From the NCBI GenBank assembly GCA_963717935.1, contig CAVQXP010000003.1, positions 56,819-120,818 on the forward strand: DNA of 64,000 nt, written 5' to 3'. A program made the translations under genes and the position numbers. This DNA comes from Candidatus Eiseniibacteriota bacterium (GTDB taxonomy: Bacteria > Eisenbacteria > RBG-16-71-46). This document shows, piece after piece, positions 30,057-39,777 of this stretch; the stretch's first letter is position 1; each line of letters opens with the position of its first letter. The notes below the pieces were generated by a model that saw nothing but the letters and a program-made list of their open reading frames with translations, did no database searches and was not told the DNA's origin.

Positions 30057-30910
30057 CGCCGTCCGCGAAGCGAGAGGCCGCGATGTTCCTGGTGGCAGAG
30101 CACAAGCTCTCGGTGCTGCGAGCTTGCGCCATCGTGCGGTTCTCGAGGGCGGCGTACTACCGGACGCCACGCGCTCCGCTCGAAGCCGATGCCGAGGTGA
30201 TCACGGCACTCCAAGCCATGGTCGAGAAGCATCCGCGTCACGGCTTCTGGAAGTGCTACCGGCGCATGCGGCGTCAGGGGCATGCATGGAACCACAAGCG
30301 TGTGCACCGCGTGTACTGCGCGCTCAAGCTGAACCTGCCACGCCGCACGAAACGGCGGCTGCCGACCCGGCTGCGCCAGCCGCTGGATGCGCCGGCGACG
30401 CTGAACACGGTGTGGGCGCTCGACTTCATGTCGGATGCGCTGTACGGCGGTCGGAAGTTCCGCACGCTGAACATCATCGACGAGGGCAACCGCGAGGGGT
30501 TGGTGATCGACGTCGCGTTCTCGATCCCGAGCATGCGAGTCATCCGTGTGCTCGACCAACTGGTCGCGACCTACGGCCGGCCGGGAGCACTTCGAATGGA
30601 TAACGGCCCGGAACTGATCTCGGAGGCGCTGGCCGAATGGTGCGGGCAGCGCGGCATCACGATGCACCACATCCAGCCGGGCAAGCCGGACCAGAACGCC
30701 TACATCGAGCGGTTCAACCGCAGCTACCGCGAAGACGTGCTCGATGCCTACCTGTTCGGATCGATCGAAGAGGTCCAGTCGATCAGCGATGACTGGCTGG
30801 AGGACTACAACACCGAGCGGCCCCACGACAGCCTCGGCCAGGTGCCGCCACGGACGTTCTTGCCGAGGCGAAATCCACCCCGGGAGTCCAGCTTCGAACT
30901 GTCTACTTGA
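30053..30910 (+). CDS. IS3 transposase OrfB (DDE), in -1 frame to OrfA
   Basis: NHKRVHRVY, WALDFMSD, DNGPE, PGKPDQNAYIERFN, YNTERPH. Confidence 0.92.
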   Translation, partial: VTPSAKREAAMFLVAEHKLSVLRACAIVRFSRAAYYRTPRAPLEADAEVITALQAMVEKHPRHGFWKCYRRMRRQGHAWNHKRVHRVYCALKLNLPRRTKRRLPTRLRQPLDAPATLNTVWALDFMSDALYGGRKFRTLNIIDEGNREGLVIDVAFSIPSMRVIRVLDQLVATYGRPGALRMDNGPELISEALAEWCGQRGITMHHIQPGKPDQNAYIERFNRSYREDVLDAYLFGSIEEVQSISDDWLEDYNTERPHDSLGQVPPRTFLPRRNPPRESSFELST

Positions 30911-30919
30911 CGGGGAAGC

Positions 30920-31111
30920 TTACGGCTCCACGTAGTCAGGCGGATTCCTAGCCCACACGTGACTCAGGGGCAGCGTGGCTGCGAGGTGAACCCCGGAGAC
31001 CTCTCGCCTGGCGCGAACGAGCTCAAGGCAGCAGTGCTTAAGCTTTGCATCGTAGCCGCACCTGCAGGGGTCGTTTCGCCCGATTGGTCTTCCGTCTGTG
31101 GGCCAGCGCAT
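30920..31111 (-). pseudogene. SEC-C metal-binding motif fragment
   Basis: IGRNDPCRCGYDAKLKHCC resembles the SEC-C consensus. Confidence 0.45.
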
Positions 31112-31269
31112 GGGACGGAGGATGTCATATCGCGCTAGGCTGGTTCAAAATGGGGCCCTTTCCGTACGCCAATGGCCGTGCAGTGCGACTGCCGCGCCAG
31201 AAGGAGTTGCAGAGGCGTCGACGGCCACCCTTTTGGGACGGATGACGGTCCCGGTCTTGTGGCCCGTCG

Positions 31270-31565
31270 CCCCCCGCACCCAACCCCGGATCGCTGTCTG
31301 GTCGCGTTCGCGTGCCTGGCGCTCAGGTTTCTGGGGCGTGGACCCAAGACCTCGCAGGAGTCGGCCGACATGCGCGGGGTGATGGCGCACCTTGAACCGG
31401 CGGCGGGCGACCTCCGCGACCCGTGGGCAGGTCCACAGTTCGGTGGACCGAGCGGCGATTGATCCCGAGTTTGCGCGCCACTTCGACCGGCGCGAATCCC
31501 TCACGCAGCAACTTCCACGCTCGCAGCCGAAGCTGTTCCAGAGGCTCCGGGCTTTCGTGCGGACC
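31270..31565 (-). pseudogene. IS630-family transposase remnant (HTH region only)
   Basis: EVARKLGINRRSVHR in one frame; WTCPRVAEV..RRFKVRHHPAHVGRLLRGLGSTPQKP..QARERD in another; no catalytic domain. Confidence 0.7.
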
Positions 31566-31655
31566 AGGCGGTCGCTCGGCGCATTCGAGGCCTCCGCTAC
31601 CTCGCGGACTTCGCCTTGAGTTGGCCGATGGAGATGGACTGCGCAGGATCCCGGT

Positions 31656-33392
31656 CTAGTCGAGCCTGCCGGACTTCTGCAGCGCCAGGTTCAGGTTGCG
31701 CTCGGCGGCGGCGTAGTGCGGATCGATCTCGAGAGCGCGGCGCAGTTGTTGGATTGCCTCCTCGAAGCGACCCGTCTGGGCAAGGACAATGCCGAGATTG
31801 TTGTGGGCCTCGACGTAGTCGTGCTTCAGCCGGATCGCCTCGCGATAGTGCGAAATGGCCTCCTCGAGCCCGCCGTGGGCCGCCAGGGCAACGCCGAGAT
31901 TGTTGTGGGCCTCGGCGTAGTCGTGCTTGAGCCGGATTGCCTCGCGATAGTGGGAAGTGGCCTCATCGAACTGGCCCTGGGCCGTCAGGGCAGTGCCGAG
32001 ATTGTTGTGGGCCTCGGCGTAGTCGTGCTTCAGCCGGATTGCCTCGCGATAGTGAGAAACGGCCTCATCGAGCTTGCCCCGGGCGGCAAGGACGATGCCG
32101 AGATTGTTGTAGGCGACCTCGATCCGGTGCGGGAACTTCTGGATGGTGTCCGTCCACAGCGTCTCGGAGTTCTTCCACACGCCGCAGCGCGTCCAAGTCT
32201 GGTAGAGCGACAAGGGGAGCATCGCGATCAACACCGCGCCGATCACCAGGCGCGCGGGCCTCCCGGCCTGCCCGGGCCGAGGGCGCTCGTCGAGCCACCA
32301 GGTCAGGCCCAGCAGCAGCCCGATGTAGGGCACGTAGGTGTAGCGATCCGCCATCACCGCCTTGCCGACCGTGAAGAACTGGAGCACCAGCAGGATATTG
32401 ATGAAGAAGAACGCCCAGCCGAACAGCACCGGGCGCAGGCGCCGGTAGACGAACAGCAGCGCCGGGAGGGCGACCAGCATGACCACCAGCGCCCCGTAGA
32501 ATTCCGGGCCGATGCCGCTGCCCTTGTCGGGGTAGGGATAGACGGCGGACAGGCCGACGGGAACGAACAGCTTGAGCACGTACATGAGACTGCCGTACGA
32601 GGCGAACAGCAGCTTCTCGAAAAAACTCCAGGTGCCGACCGGGGCGACGGCCCCAACCGCCTGCTGGGCCTTGAGGGTGAGCCATCCGGCGCCGATGGAC
32701 AGCGCCAGAAGAGGCAACTTCTCCAGGACCAGCCGGATGCGGTCGGTGCGCCGGAAGAAGTAGTCGAGCGCGAGCAGCGTGAGCGGGAACACCACCGCGG
32801 CCGGCTTGGACGCCAGGGACAAGACGAAGGCCGCGAGGCAGACCGCGAACCAGGCCCAGCGCCGGCGTTCCAGGTAGCGCAGGTAGGCGATCAGGCCGAG
32901 GAGATAGAAGAGCGTGTAGAGCACGTCCTTGCGCTCGGCGATCCAGGCGACAGATTCGACGTGCATCGGGTGGATGCCGAAGAACAGGCTGGTGGCGGTC
33001 GCGGTCCAGAACCGCCGCCGGGAGAGCATCCAGACGAACGCGAAGACGAGCCCGGTGTTCGCGAGGTGGAGCAGCAGGTTGAGCCAGTGATAGGAGGCTG
33101 GCTGGTAGCCCGAGATCCGGTAGTTGAGCGCCAGGGACAGCACGGTGAGCGGATGGTAGTTGCCGCCGAGGGGCGTCATCAGCACGTCGACAGCGTGGGG
33201 ACGAGCGACGAGTGGGTTCTCGGTTACGTAGACATCATCGTCCCAGTTGGTGAAACCGTTGCCGAGGCTCGGGAGGTAGACGATGAACGTGAGCACCAGG
33301 ATGCCGATCACCGCGAGACTCGGGATGTGGCGGTTCGCGGGGGGGGCGCCCCGCGGCTTGGCGCGGGCGGGCTCGACTCGCTTCTTGGTCAT
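31656..33392 (-). CDS. TMTC-like membrane glycosyltransferase with C-terminal TPR repeats
   Basis: NWDDDVYVTEN, YHPL, HPMHVESVAWIAERKDVL, ADRYTY; 102-bp TPR repeats at 31791, 31893, 31995, 32097. Confidence 0.85.
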   Translation of the reverse strand: MTKKRVEPARAKPRGAPPANRHIPSLAVIGILVLTFIVYLPSLGNGFTNWDDDVYVTENPLVARPHAVDVLMTPLGGNYHPLTVLSLALNYRISGYQPASYHWLNLLLHLANTGLVFAFVWMLSRRRFWTATATSLFFGIHPMHVESVAWIAERKDVLYTLFYLLGLIAYLRYLERRRWAWFAVCLAAFVLSLASKPAAVVFPLTLLALDYFFRRTDRIRLVLEKLPLLALSIGAGWLTLKAQQAVGAVAPVGTWSFFEKLLFASYGSLMYVLKLFVPVGLSAVYPYPDKGSGIGPEFYGALVVMLVALPALLFVYRRLRPVLFGWAFFFINILLVLQFFTVGKAVMADRYTYVPYIGLLLGLTWWLDERPRPGQAGRPARLVIGAVLIAMLPLSLYQTWTRCGVWKNSETLWTDTIQKFPHRIEVAYNNLGIVLAARGKLDEAVSHYREAIRLKHDYAEAHNNLGTALTAQGQFDEATSHYREAIRLKHDYAEAHNNLGVALAAHGGLEEAISHYREAIRLKHDYVEAHNNLGIVLAQTGRFEEAIQQLRRALEIDPHYAAAERNLNLALQKSGRLD

Positions 33393-33667
33393 CGTGAGGG
33401 TCTCGAGTGCGATGGTGCGGGCCGGGCTGGGGCTCGTGCGCGAGTGGAAGACCCGGCCTTGCTCATGTACGGCCTCCTGGCCCGAGCGGGCGGGCGCTCG
33501 GGGCTCCGAGGCGTGCGACTGCCCCCCGCGGGGGCGTGCGACATGACCGACGACATGATCGAATCAGCCCCGGCCGACCTGGCCGAGCCAGTTGCCAGAG
33601 TGTAGTCGCGGAACGTCCACCCACCTAGCGCGCGATGCGCTGTACCTGGTCTTCGGAGTCGGAGAGC

Positions 33668-34898
33668 TCAGTGATCCTCCGCCTCCTCGATCAGATGCAG
33701 CAGCACCTGCCCGCCCTCGGGGATGCTCGCGACGTCGCCGGGGATGAGCGCCAGCGCGTTGGCGCGGGCCATCGAGGAGAGCACGCCCGAGCCCTGCGGG
33801 CCCGAGAGCCGCGCGTGCAACCCGCCGCCTTCCTCGCGCGCGAAGACCCGCAGGAAGTGCAGCCGGTCGTCCCCGGCCCGCCGCGTCCACGGCGTCTCGA
33901 GCGTGCCGCTGCCGCTCCGGGCGGAACAGGCGCGCGAAGCCCATCATGCGGCGCAGCAGCGGGCGGACGTACTCCTCCATCACGAGCATCGCGGCGACGG
34001 GATTGCCGGGGACGCCGAACACGGGCTTGCCGCCGAGCCGCCAGAGCCCGAGCGGCCCGGCGGGCTTCTGGGCGACGCGCCAGAAGACGCGCTCCGCGCC
34101 CAGTTCGTCGAGCACGTCCTTCACGCAGTCGTACTCGCCCATCGAGACGCCGCCGGTGGTCACGATCGCGTCCGCGGCGGCGGTCGCCTCGCGGAGCGCG
34201 CGCGCGACCTCTTCGCGGCGGTCGGACACGCGCGGGAAGGTCACGGGCAGCGCGCCGAAGGCCACGGCCTGCGCGCGCACGGCGTGCAGGTTGGCGTCGC
34301 GGATGCGCCCCGGCCCGGGTGGCTCGGCCACGTCCACGAGTTCGTCCCCGGTGGTGATGATCGCGAGCCGCGGCCGCGGATGGACGGAGACCGTGGCGCA
34401 ACCGGCCACGGCCAGCAGGCCGATGTCCGCGGGCCGCAGGACGTCGCCCCGCGCGATCACGCGGGCGCCGGTCGCCAGGTCCTCGCCCGCGAGGCGCACG
34501 TTCGCGCCTTCGCGCACGGGCCGGCGGACCTCGACGGCGTCGCCGGCCGACTCCGTGCTCTCGACCGGGACCACGGCGTCCGCGCCCGCGGGCAGCGGCG
34601 CGCCGGTCATGATCCGCAGCGCCGTGCCGGGCTCGACCGCGCGCGCCGCGACGTGGCCCGCGGGCACGTCTTCCAGCACGCGCAGGCGCGCGGGCGTCTG
34701 CGCGGTCGCACCCGCCACGTCCGCGGCGCGCACGGCGAAGCCGTCCATGCCGGAGTTGTCGAACGGTGGCGCGGGGTCGGCGGCGAGCACGTCCGCGGCC
34801 GCGACCAGTCCGAGCGCCTCGTCGAGCGGCACGCGCCGGGCGGGACTCGTCACGGCCGAGTCCAGCACGCGCTGCAGCGCCTCGCGGTGGGTGAGCAT
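33668..34898 (-). CDS. moeA: Molybdopterin molybdotransferase; apparent +1 frameshift near 33912
   Basis: PPFDNSGMDGFAV, RIMTGAPLP, TTGDEL, TTGGVSMG, PGNP; second frame GPQGSGVLSSMARAN. Confidence 0.9.
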
Positions 34899-34903
34899 CG
34901 TGT

Positions 34904-35332
34904 CTACTCGATCACGCGGCGGTGGAGGAAGGACCAGTGCCGCCAGGACTTCGGCATGTGCGAGCCGATCGAGGCGACGGCGGTGGCGGCGAGGTAGAAC
35001 TCGAGCCGCGCCGCGGGGAACAGCGCCCCCAGTCCGAGCAACGCCAGTTTCAGCAGGACCGCGACGCCGTTGCCCTGGTACAGGTACGCGCCGCTCTTCC
35101 AGAGGTCCACGCCCAGCAGCAGCAGCCCGCTGGCGATCGTGAGCGCGATGGCGGAGGTCAGCGCCGGCTCCGGGACCGAGTAGGCCACGCCGCCGAGCAC
35201 GAGCCCCATCGCCACGACGTGCACCGTGCGCGCGGCCACCTGCACCGCGCGCAACCCGCGGAACGTGCGCGGGGGGCGGGGCGCGAGACGCTCGCGCAGG
35301 CTCCCGCGTTCGGCTGCGGCCCCGGCTGGCAT
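34904..35332 (-). CDS. Hypothetical membrane protein
   Basis: 142 aa, four TM segments, ASIGSHMPKSWRHWS tail; tightly packed in operon. Confidence 0.7.
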   Translation of the reverse strand: MPAGAAAERGSLRERLAPRPPRTFRGLRAVQVAARTVHVVAMGLVLGGVAYSVPEPALTSAIALTIASGLLLLGVDLWKSGAYLYQGNGVAVLLKLALLGLGALFPAARLEFYLAATAVASIGSHMPKSWRHWSFLHRRVIE

Positions 35333-35334
35333 GG

Positions 35335-36918
35335 TCAGACGCCGATGCCCGGCATGCGCGGCATGGTGATGCGCTCGGACGTGGTCTTGCCCTGCGTGAA
35401 GTTCATGAGGTAGTCGGGGCCGCCGGCCTTCGAGTCGGTGCCCGAGAGGTTGAACCCGCCGAAGGGGTGCACGCCCACGAGCGCGCCGGTGCAGCCGCGG
35501 TTCAGATAGAGATTGCCGCAGTGGAACTCGTGCTTCGCGCGGTCGATCCGCTCGATGCTGGTCGAGTAGACCGCGCCGGTCAACCCGTAGCGCGTGTCGT
35601 TGGCGATGTCCAGCGCCTGGTCGAAGCTCGTGGCCTCGATGACGGCCAGCACCGGCCCGAAGATCTCCTCCTGGCCGAGGAACGAGCGCGACGTCACCTG
35701 GTCGAAGATCGTGGGCGCGAGGTAGTGGCCCGGGCGGTCGAGCGCGTGCCCGCCCAGCAGCAGCCGGGCCTCCGCCTTGCCCCGTTCGATGGCCTTGAGG
35801 ATGCCGGCGTGCGCCCTGGCGTTCGCCACCGGCCCGGTGAAGACGCAGGGGCCGTCCCACGGGAGCCCGGCGGGCAGCGGCTTCGTCTTCTCGAGGATCG
35901 ACGCGACCAGGCGGTCCTTCACGGCCGCGTGGACGATGAGGCGCGAGCAGGCCGAGCACTTCTGTCCCTGGAAGCCGAAGGCCGAGCGCACCACGTCGCT
36001 CGCCGCCGCGTCCAGGTCGGCGGTCTCGTCCACGACGATGGCGTCCTTGCCGCCCATCTCCAGGACGAAGCGGGTCATCCACCGGCGCCCGGGCTCGGGC
36101 TTCGAGGCGATCTCGTTGATGCGCAGGCCCACGTCGGCCGAGCCGGTGAAGGAGACGAAGCGGACCTCGGGGTGCGTGACCAGGTAGTCGCCGACTTCGC
36201 CGCCGGGGCCGGGCAGCAGGTTGATGACGCCGTCGGGCACGCCGGCCTCGCGCGCCAGCGCGACGAAGCGCGCGGCGATCACCGGCGTGTCGGAGGAGGG
36301 CTTCAGGAGCACGGCGTTGCCGCTCACCACGGCGGCCATGGTCATGCCGGCCAGGATCGCGAGCGGGAAGTTCCACGGCGCGATCACCGCGCCGACGCCC
36401 AGCGGGATGTAGTAGAAGCAGTTGTCCTCGGTCGGGATCCGGGTGAGCGGCTGGTACTGGAAGTGCTTGAGCGCCAGCCGCGCGTAGTACTCGCAGAAGT
36501 CGATGGCCTCGGCGATCTCGGCGTCGGCCTCGTACCAGTCCTTGCCGATCTCGTACGAGAGCAGCGCCAGGAAGTCGAACCGGTCGCGGCGGATGAGCGC
36601 GGCCAGCTTCATCAGCGTCTCGGCGCGGATCTCCGGGTCGGTGCGCGCCCAGGACGCGAAGGCCTTCCGCGCCTCGGCGATGGCCTCGTCCACGTGGGCG
36701 CGCGTGCAGCTGGCGGCCCGGCCGACCACGCGGTCGGGCAGGGCGGGGCAGAGCGAGACGATGCTCTTCGCGGTCTCGACGCTGCGGCCGCCGATGAGGG
36801 CGGGGTGGTAGCCGTCGAGCCCGCCCTCGAGCGCGGCGATGGCCCGCTCGGCCGCCTTGACGTTCGCGTCCAGCGAGTAGTCGCAGATGGGCTCGTTCTT
36901 GAAGCGCGTGCAGATCAT
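35335..36918 (-). CDS. pruA: L-glutamate gamma-semialdehyde (P5C) dehydrogenase
   Basis: FKNEP, EAIDFCEYYA, PWNFP, FTGS, EMGGKD, FGFQGQKCSACSR, SGTDSKAGGPDYL. Confidence 0.92.
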   Translation of the reverse strand: MICTRFKNEPICDYSLDANVKAAERAIAALEGGLDGYHPALIGGRSVETAKSIVSLCPALPDRVVGRAASCTRAHVDEAIAEARKAFASWARTDPEIRAETLMKLAALIRRDRFDFLALLSYEIGKDWYEADAEIAEAIDFCEYYARLALKHFQYQPLTRIPTEDNCFYYIPLGVGAVIAPWNFPLAILAGMTMAAVVSGNAVLLKPSSDTPVIAARFVALAREAGVPDGVINLLPGPGGEVGDYLVTHPEVRFVSFTGSADVGLRINEIASKPEPGRRWMTRFVLEMGGKDAIVVDETADLDAAASDVVRSAFGFQGQKCSACSRLIVHAAVKDRLVASILEKTKPLPAGLPWDGPCVFTGPVANARAHAGILKAIERGKAEARLLLGGHALDRPGHYLAPTIFDQVTSRSFLGQEEIFGPVLAVIEATSFDQALDIANDTRYGLTGAVYSTSIERIDRAKHEFHCGNLYLNRGCTGALVGVHPFGGFNLSGTDSKAGGPDYLMNFTQGKTTSERITMPRMPGIGV

Positions 36919-37063
36919 CCTGGGCCTCCCGTGGGAATGACGCGGCCATTCTATCCCACGCCGCATCCGTCTGGCACCCCGCCGCGCGCCCTGAAAACCC
37001 GCGTGGGTTGTGGCATACTCCCCGCCGCGAACATCGGCTCACCCTGGAGTGCGCGGAGACGAC

Positions 37064-37846
37064 ATGGAGCCCATGGAACTCAAGGAGATGAAGGCGGCCC
37101 ACCGGGTCCTGGCCGCGCTCGACTACCCGCCGGGCGAGGTCGAGCGCGGCTACGCGAACCGGACGCTGCACGTGGACCTGGGCGCGAACACGATCGAGGC
37201 CCGGCCGGTCACGCAGTACATGAAGGACTTCTTCACCGGCGGCAAGGGGTTCGACCTCTACCTGATGTGGAAGTCCGTCCCCGGCCCGATCCCCTGGGAC
37301 GACCCGCGCAACGGGCTCTACTTCTCCGCGGGGCCGCTGGCCGGAACGCCGTATTTCTCGGGCTCGGGCAAGTGCCTGGTCACCGGCATCTCGCCGCTCA
37401 CCAGCTCCGTCATGGACTGCAACGTCGGCGGGCACTTCGGGCCGCTGCTCAAGTTCGCCGGCTTCGACGCCCTCGAGGTGCGCGGCAAGGCCTCCGAGTT
37501 CGTGATGCTGGTCATCGACGGCGACGCGCACCGCGTCACGCTCGAGACCGCGCCGCACGAGGCGCTCGACTCCTACGACGTCGCCAGCCAGCTGCACCGC
37601 ATGTACGCCCGCACGCCCGCCGAGCTGCAGGACATCTCGGTCGTGTCGGCGGGCCGGGGGGCGCTCCACACGCTGATCGGCTGCATCAACATCTCGTTCT
37701 ACGACTGGAAGCGCCACGAGCCGCGCCTCAAGCAGGCCGGCCGCGGCGGACTGGGCAGCGTGATGATGAACAAGCAGCTCAAGGCGATCGTGGCCCGGAC
37801 GGCGAAGAACCGTCCGCGCTGGGCGATGTCGGTGGAGGCGCCATGA
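37064..37846 (+). CDS. Aldehyde ferredoxin oxidoreductase, N-terminal domain only
   Basis: GYANRTLHVDL, GGKGF, ISPLT..MDCNVGGHFGPLLKFAGFDA, KQAGRGGLGSV; stop overlaps next start (ATGA). Confidence 0.85.
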   Translation: MEPMELKEMKAAHRVLAALDYPPGEVERGYANRTLHVDLGANTIEARPVTQYMKDFFTGGKGFDLYLMWKSVPGPIPWDDPRNGLYFSAGPLAGTPYFSGSGKCLVTGISPLTSSVMDCNVGGHFGPLLKFAGFDALEVRGKASEFVMLVIDGDAHRVTLETAPHEALDSYDVASQLHRMYARTPAELQDISVVSAGRGALHTLIGCINISFYDWKRHEPRLKQAGRGGLGSVMMNKQLKAIVARTAKNRPRWAMSVEAP

Positions 37847-38394
37847 GCCCCGGAGGGAATGGCTCCATGCCTACGGTGATCGTTCCGGACGTGCTCGGGG
37901 TGGACGCCATCGTGGACCGCTGGGGCGCGGACCCCGAGTTCGCCGTCGAGATGCTGCAGGACGTCCAGAAGCACTACCGGCACCTGCCGAAGACCGCGCT
38001 CGAGCGCATCGCCGAGCGCACGCACGCCGACCTGGCGCGGCTCTACCACATCGCCACCTTCTTCAAGGCGTTCTCGCTGACGCCGCGCGGCGAGACCACG
38101 ATCCAGGTCTGCACCGGCACCGCCTGCCACGTGCAGGGCGCGGCGCGGGTGCTCGACGCCTTCGGCCGCGAGCTGGGCGTGAAGCCGGGCGAGACCACCG
38201 CGGACCAGAAGTACAGCCTCGAGGGCGTGCGCTGCCTGGGCTGCTGCGGGCTGGCGCCGGTGGTGACCTTCGGAGCGGAGCTGGTCGGCGGGGTGGACTC
38301 CTCCAAGGTCGGCAAGCTGATGCGCCGGCACCGCAAGACCGGCTCCGTGGTCGCGCGGCAGGCGAGCGCCGCGGCGGAGGACGCCGATGCCTAG
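37843..38394 (+). CDS. NuoE/HydC-like [2Fe-2S] subunit
   Basis: ATFFKAFS, CTGTACHVQG, CLGCCGLAP. Confidence 0.92.
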   Translation: MSPGGNGSMPTVIVPDVLGVDAIVDRWGADPEFAVEMLQDVQKHYRHLPKTALERIAERTHADLARLYHIATFFKAFSLTPRGETTIQVCTGTACHVQGAARVLDAFGRELGVKPGETTADQKYSLEGVRCLGCCGLAPVVTFGAELVGGVDSSKVGKLMRRHRKTGSVVARQASAAAEDADA

Positions 38395-39777
38395 GGTGAC
38401 CCTCGAGAACCTCGACACCCTGGCGCGCGAGGCCCAGCGGCGCCACGCGGGCTGGAAGTCCATGCTCATGGTCTGCGCCGGCACGGGCTGCGTCTCGGCC
38501 AAGTCGCTGCCCCTGCGCGATGCCTTCCGCCAGGAGCTCGAGCGCCGCGGCCTGCAGGACGAGATCAAGGTCGTGGCCACGGGCTGCAACGGCTTCTGCG
38601 CCCACGGGCCGATCTGCGTGGTCCAGCCCGAGGGCGTGTTCTACGAGCGCCTCAAGGCCGAGGCCGTGCCCGAGCTGATCGAGTCGCACTTCGTGAGGAA
38701 GCAGCCGCTCGAGGACTTCCTCTACCGCTCGAGCGGCGGCGAGAAGACGGTCCCGCTCGAGAAGGACATCGAGTTCTTCGCCAAGCAGCAGTGCATCGCG
38801 CTGCGCAACCGGGGCCGGATCGACCCCGAGGACATCACGGACGCGATCCGCACCGGCGCGTACCAGGCGCTCGCGAAGATCCTGCGCGAGGGGCTCGACG
38901 GCGACACGCTCGTCCAGCGACTGGTCCGCTCGGGGCTGCGCGGGCGCGGCGGCGGCGGTTTCCCCGCCGGCGTCAAGTGGAAGTCCTGCCTCGAGGCCGC
39001 GCGCGCGCAGGACGTGCGCCCCTTCATCGTCTGCAACGGCGACGAGGGCGACCCGGGCGCCTTCATGGACCGCAGCATCGTCGAGGCCGACCCGCACGCC
39101 GTGATCGAGGGCATGCTGATCGGCGCGCGGGCGCTCGGCGCCACCGAGGGCTTCGTCTACATCCGCCACGAGTACCCGCTGGCGCTCCAGCGTCTCATCC
39201 GGGCGCTCCAGCAGGCCCGCGAGTGGGGCCTGCTGGGCAAGGACATCCTGGGCACGGGGATGGAGTTCGACATCACCATCCACCGCGGCGCCGGCGCCTT
39301 CGTCTGCGGCGAGTCCACCGCGCTCATGGCCTCCATGGCGGGCCGCGCCGGCGAGCCCCGGGCGAAGTACGTGCACACCGTCGAGCACGGCTTCCGCGAC
39401 CTGCCGACGGTGCTCAACAACGTCGAGACCTGGGCCAACATCCCGCAGATCGTCCTGAACGGTCCCGAGTGGTTCGCCGCGATCGGCACCGGCGACGTCT
39501 CGAAGTCGCCCTGGGGCGGCAGCAGCGGCACCAAGGTCTTCTCGCTGGTCGGCAACATCCGCAACTCGGGTCTGGTCGAGGTGCCGATGGGCATCACGCT
39601 GCGCGAGATCGTCTTCGACATCGGCGGCGGAATCCCGGACGGCAGGAAGTTCAAGGCCGTGCAGACCGGCGGCCCCTCGGGCGGCTGCCTGCCCGAGTCG
39701 AAGCTCGACCTGGCGGTGGGACTTCGACACGCTGGTCGAGGCCGGCTCCATGATGGGCTCGGGCGGCATGATCGTGC
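38387..39777 (+). CDS. NuoF/HydB-like NADH-binding flavoprotein; frameshift near 39719, truncated at the junction
   Basis: N-terminal CAGTGC/GCNGFC ferredoxin; GLRGRGGGGFP, NGDEGDPGAFMDR, GAGAFVCGE, GGPSGGC, GSMMGSGGMIV then break. Confidence 0.92.

Larger units (their letters stand above)
29728..30924 (+). mobile_element. IS3-family insertion sequence (IS407-like)
   Basis: 26-bp terminal inverted repeats with 3 mismatches (CGTAAGCTTCCCC...TAGACAG) flanking orfA/orfB. Confidence 0.92.

Noticed and set aside
31791..32110. 102-bp periodic repeats as a CRISPR or other array
   Set aside because: They are in-frame 34-aa TPR units
112..38589. Many long overlapping ORFs in the GC-rich half (e.g. 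4623-6371, 19490-21790, 24295-26217, 31716-33605)
   Set aside because: Shadow or antisense frames of recognisable genes; Arg/Pro/Ala-rich with no motifs, as expected at high GC
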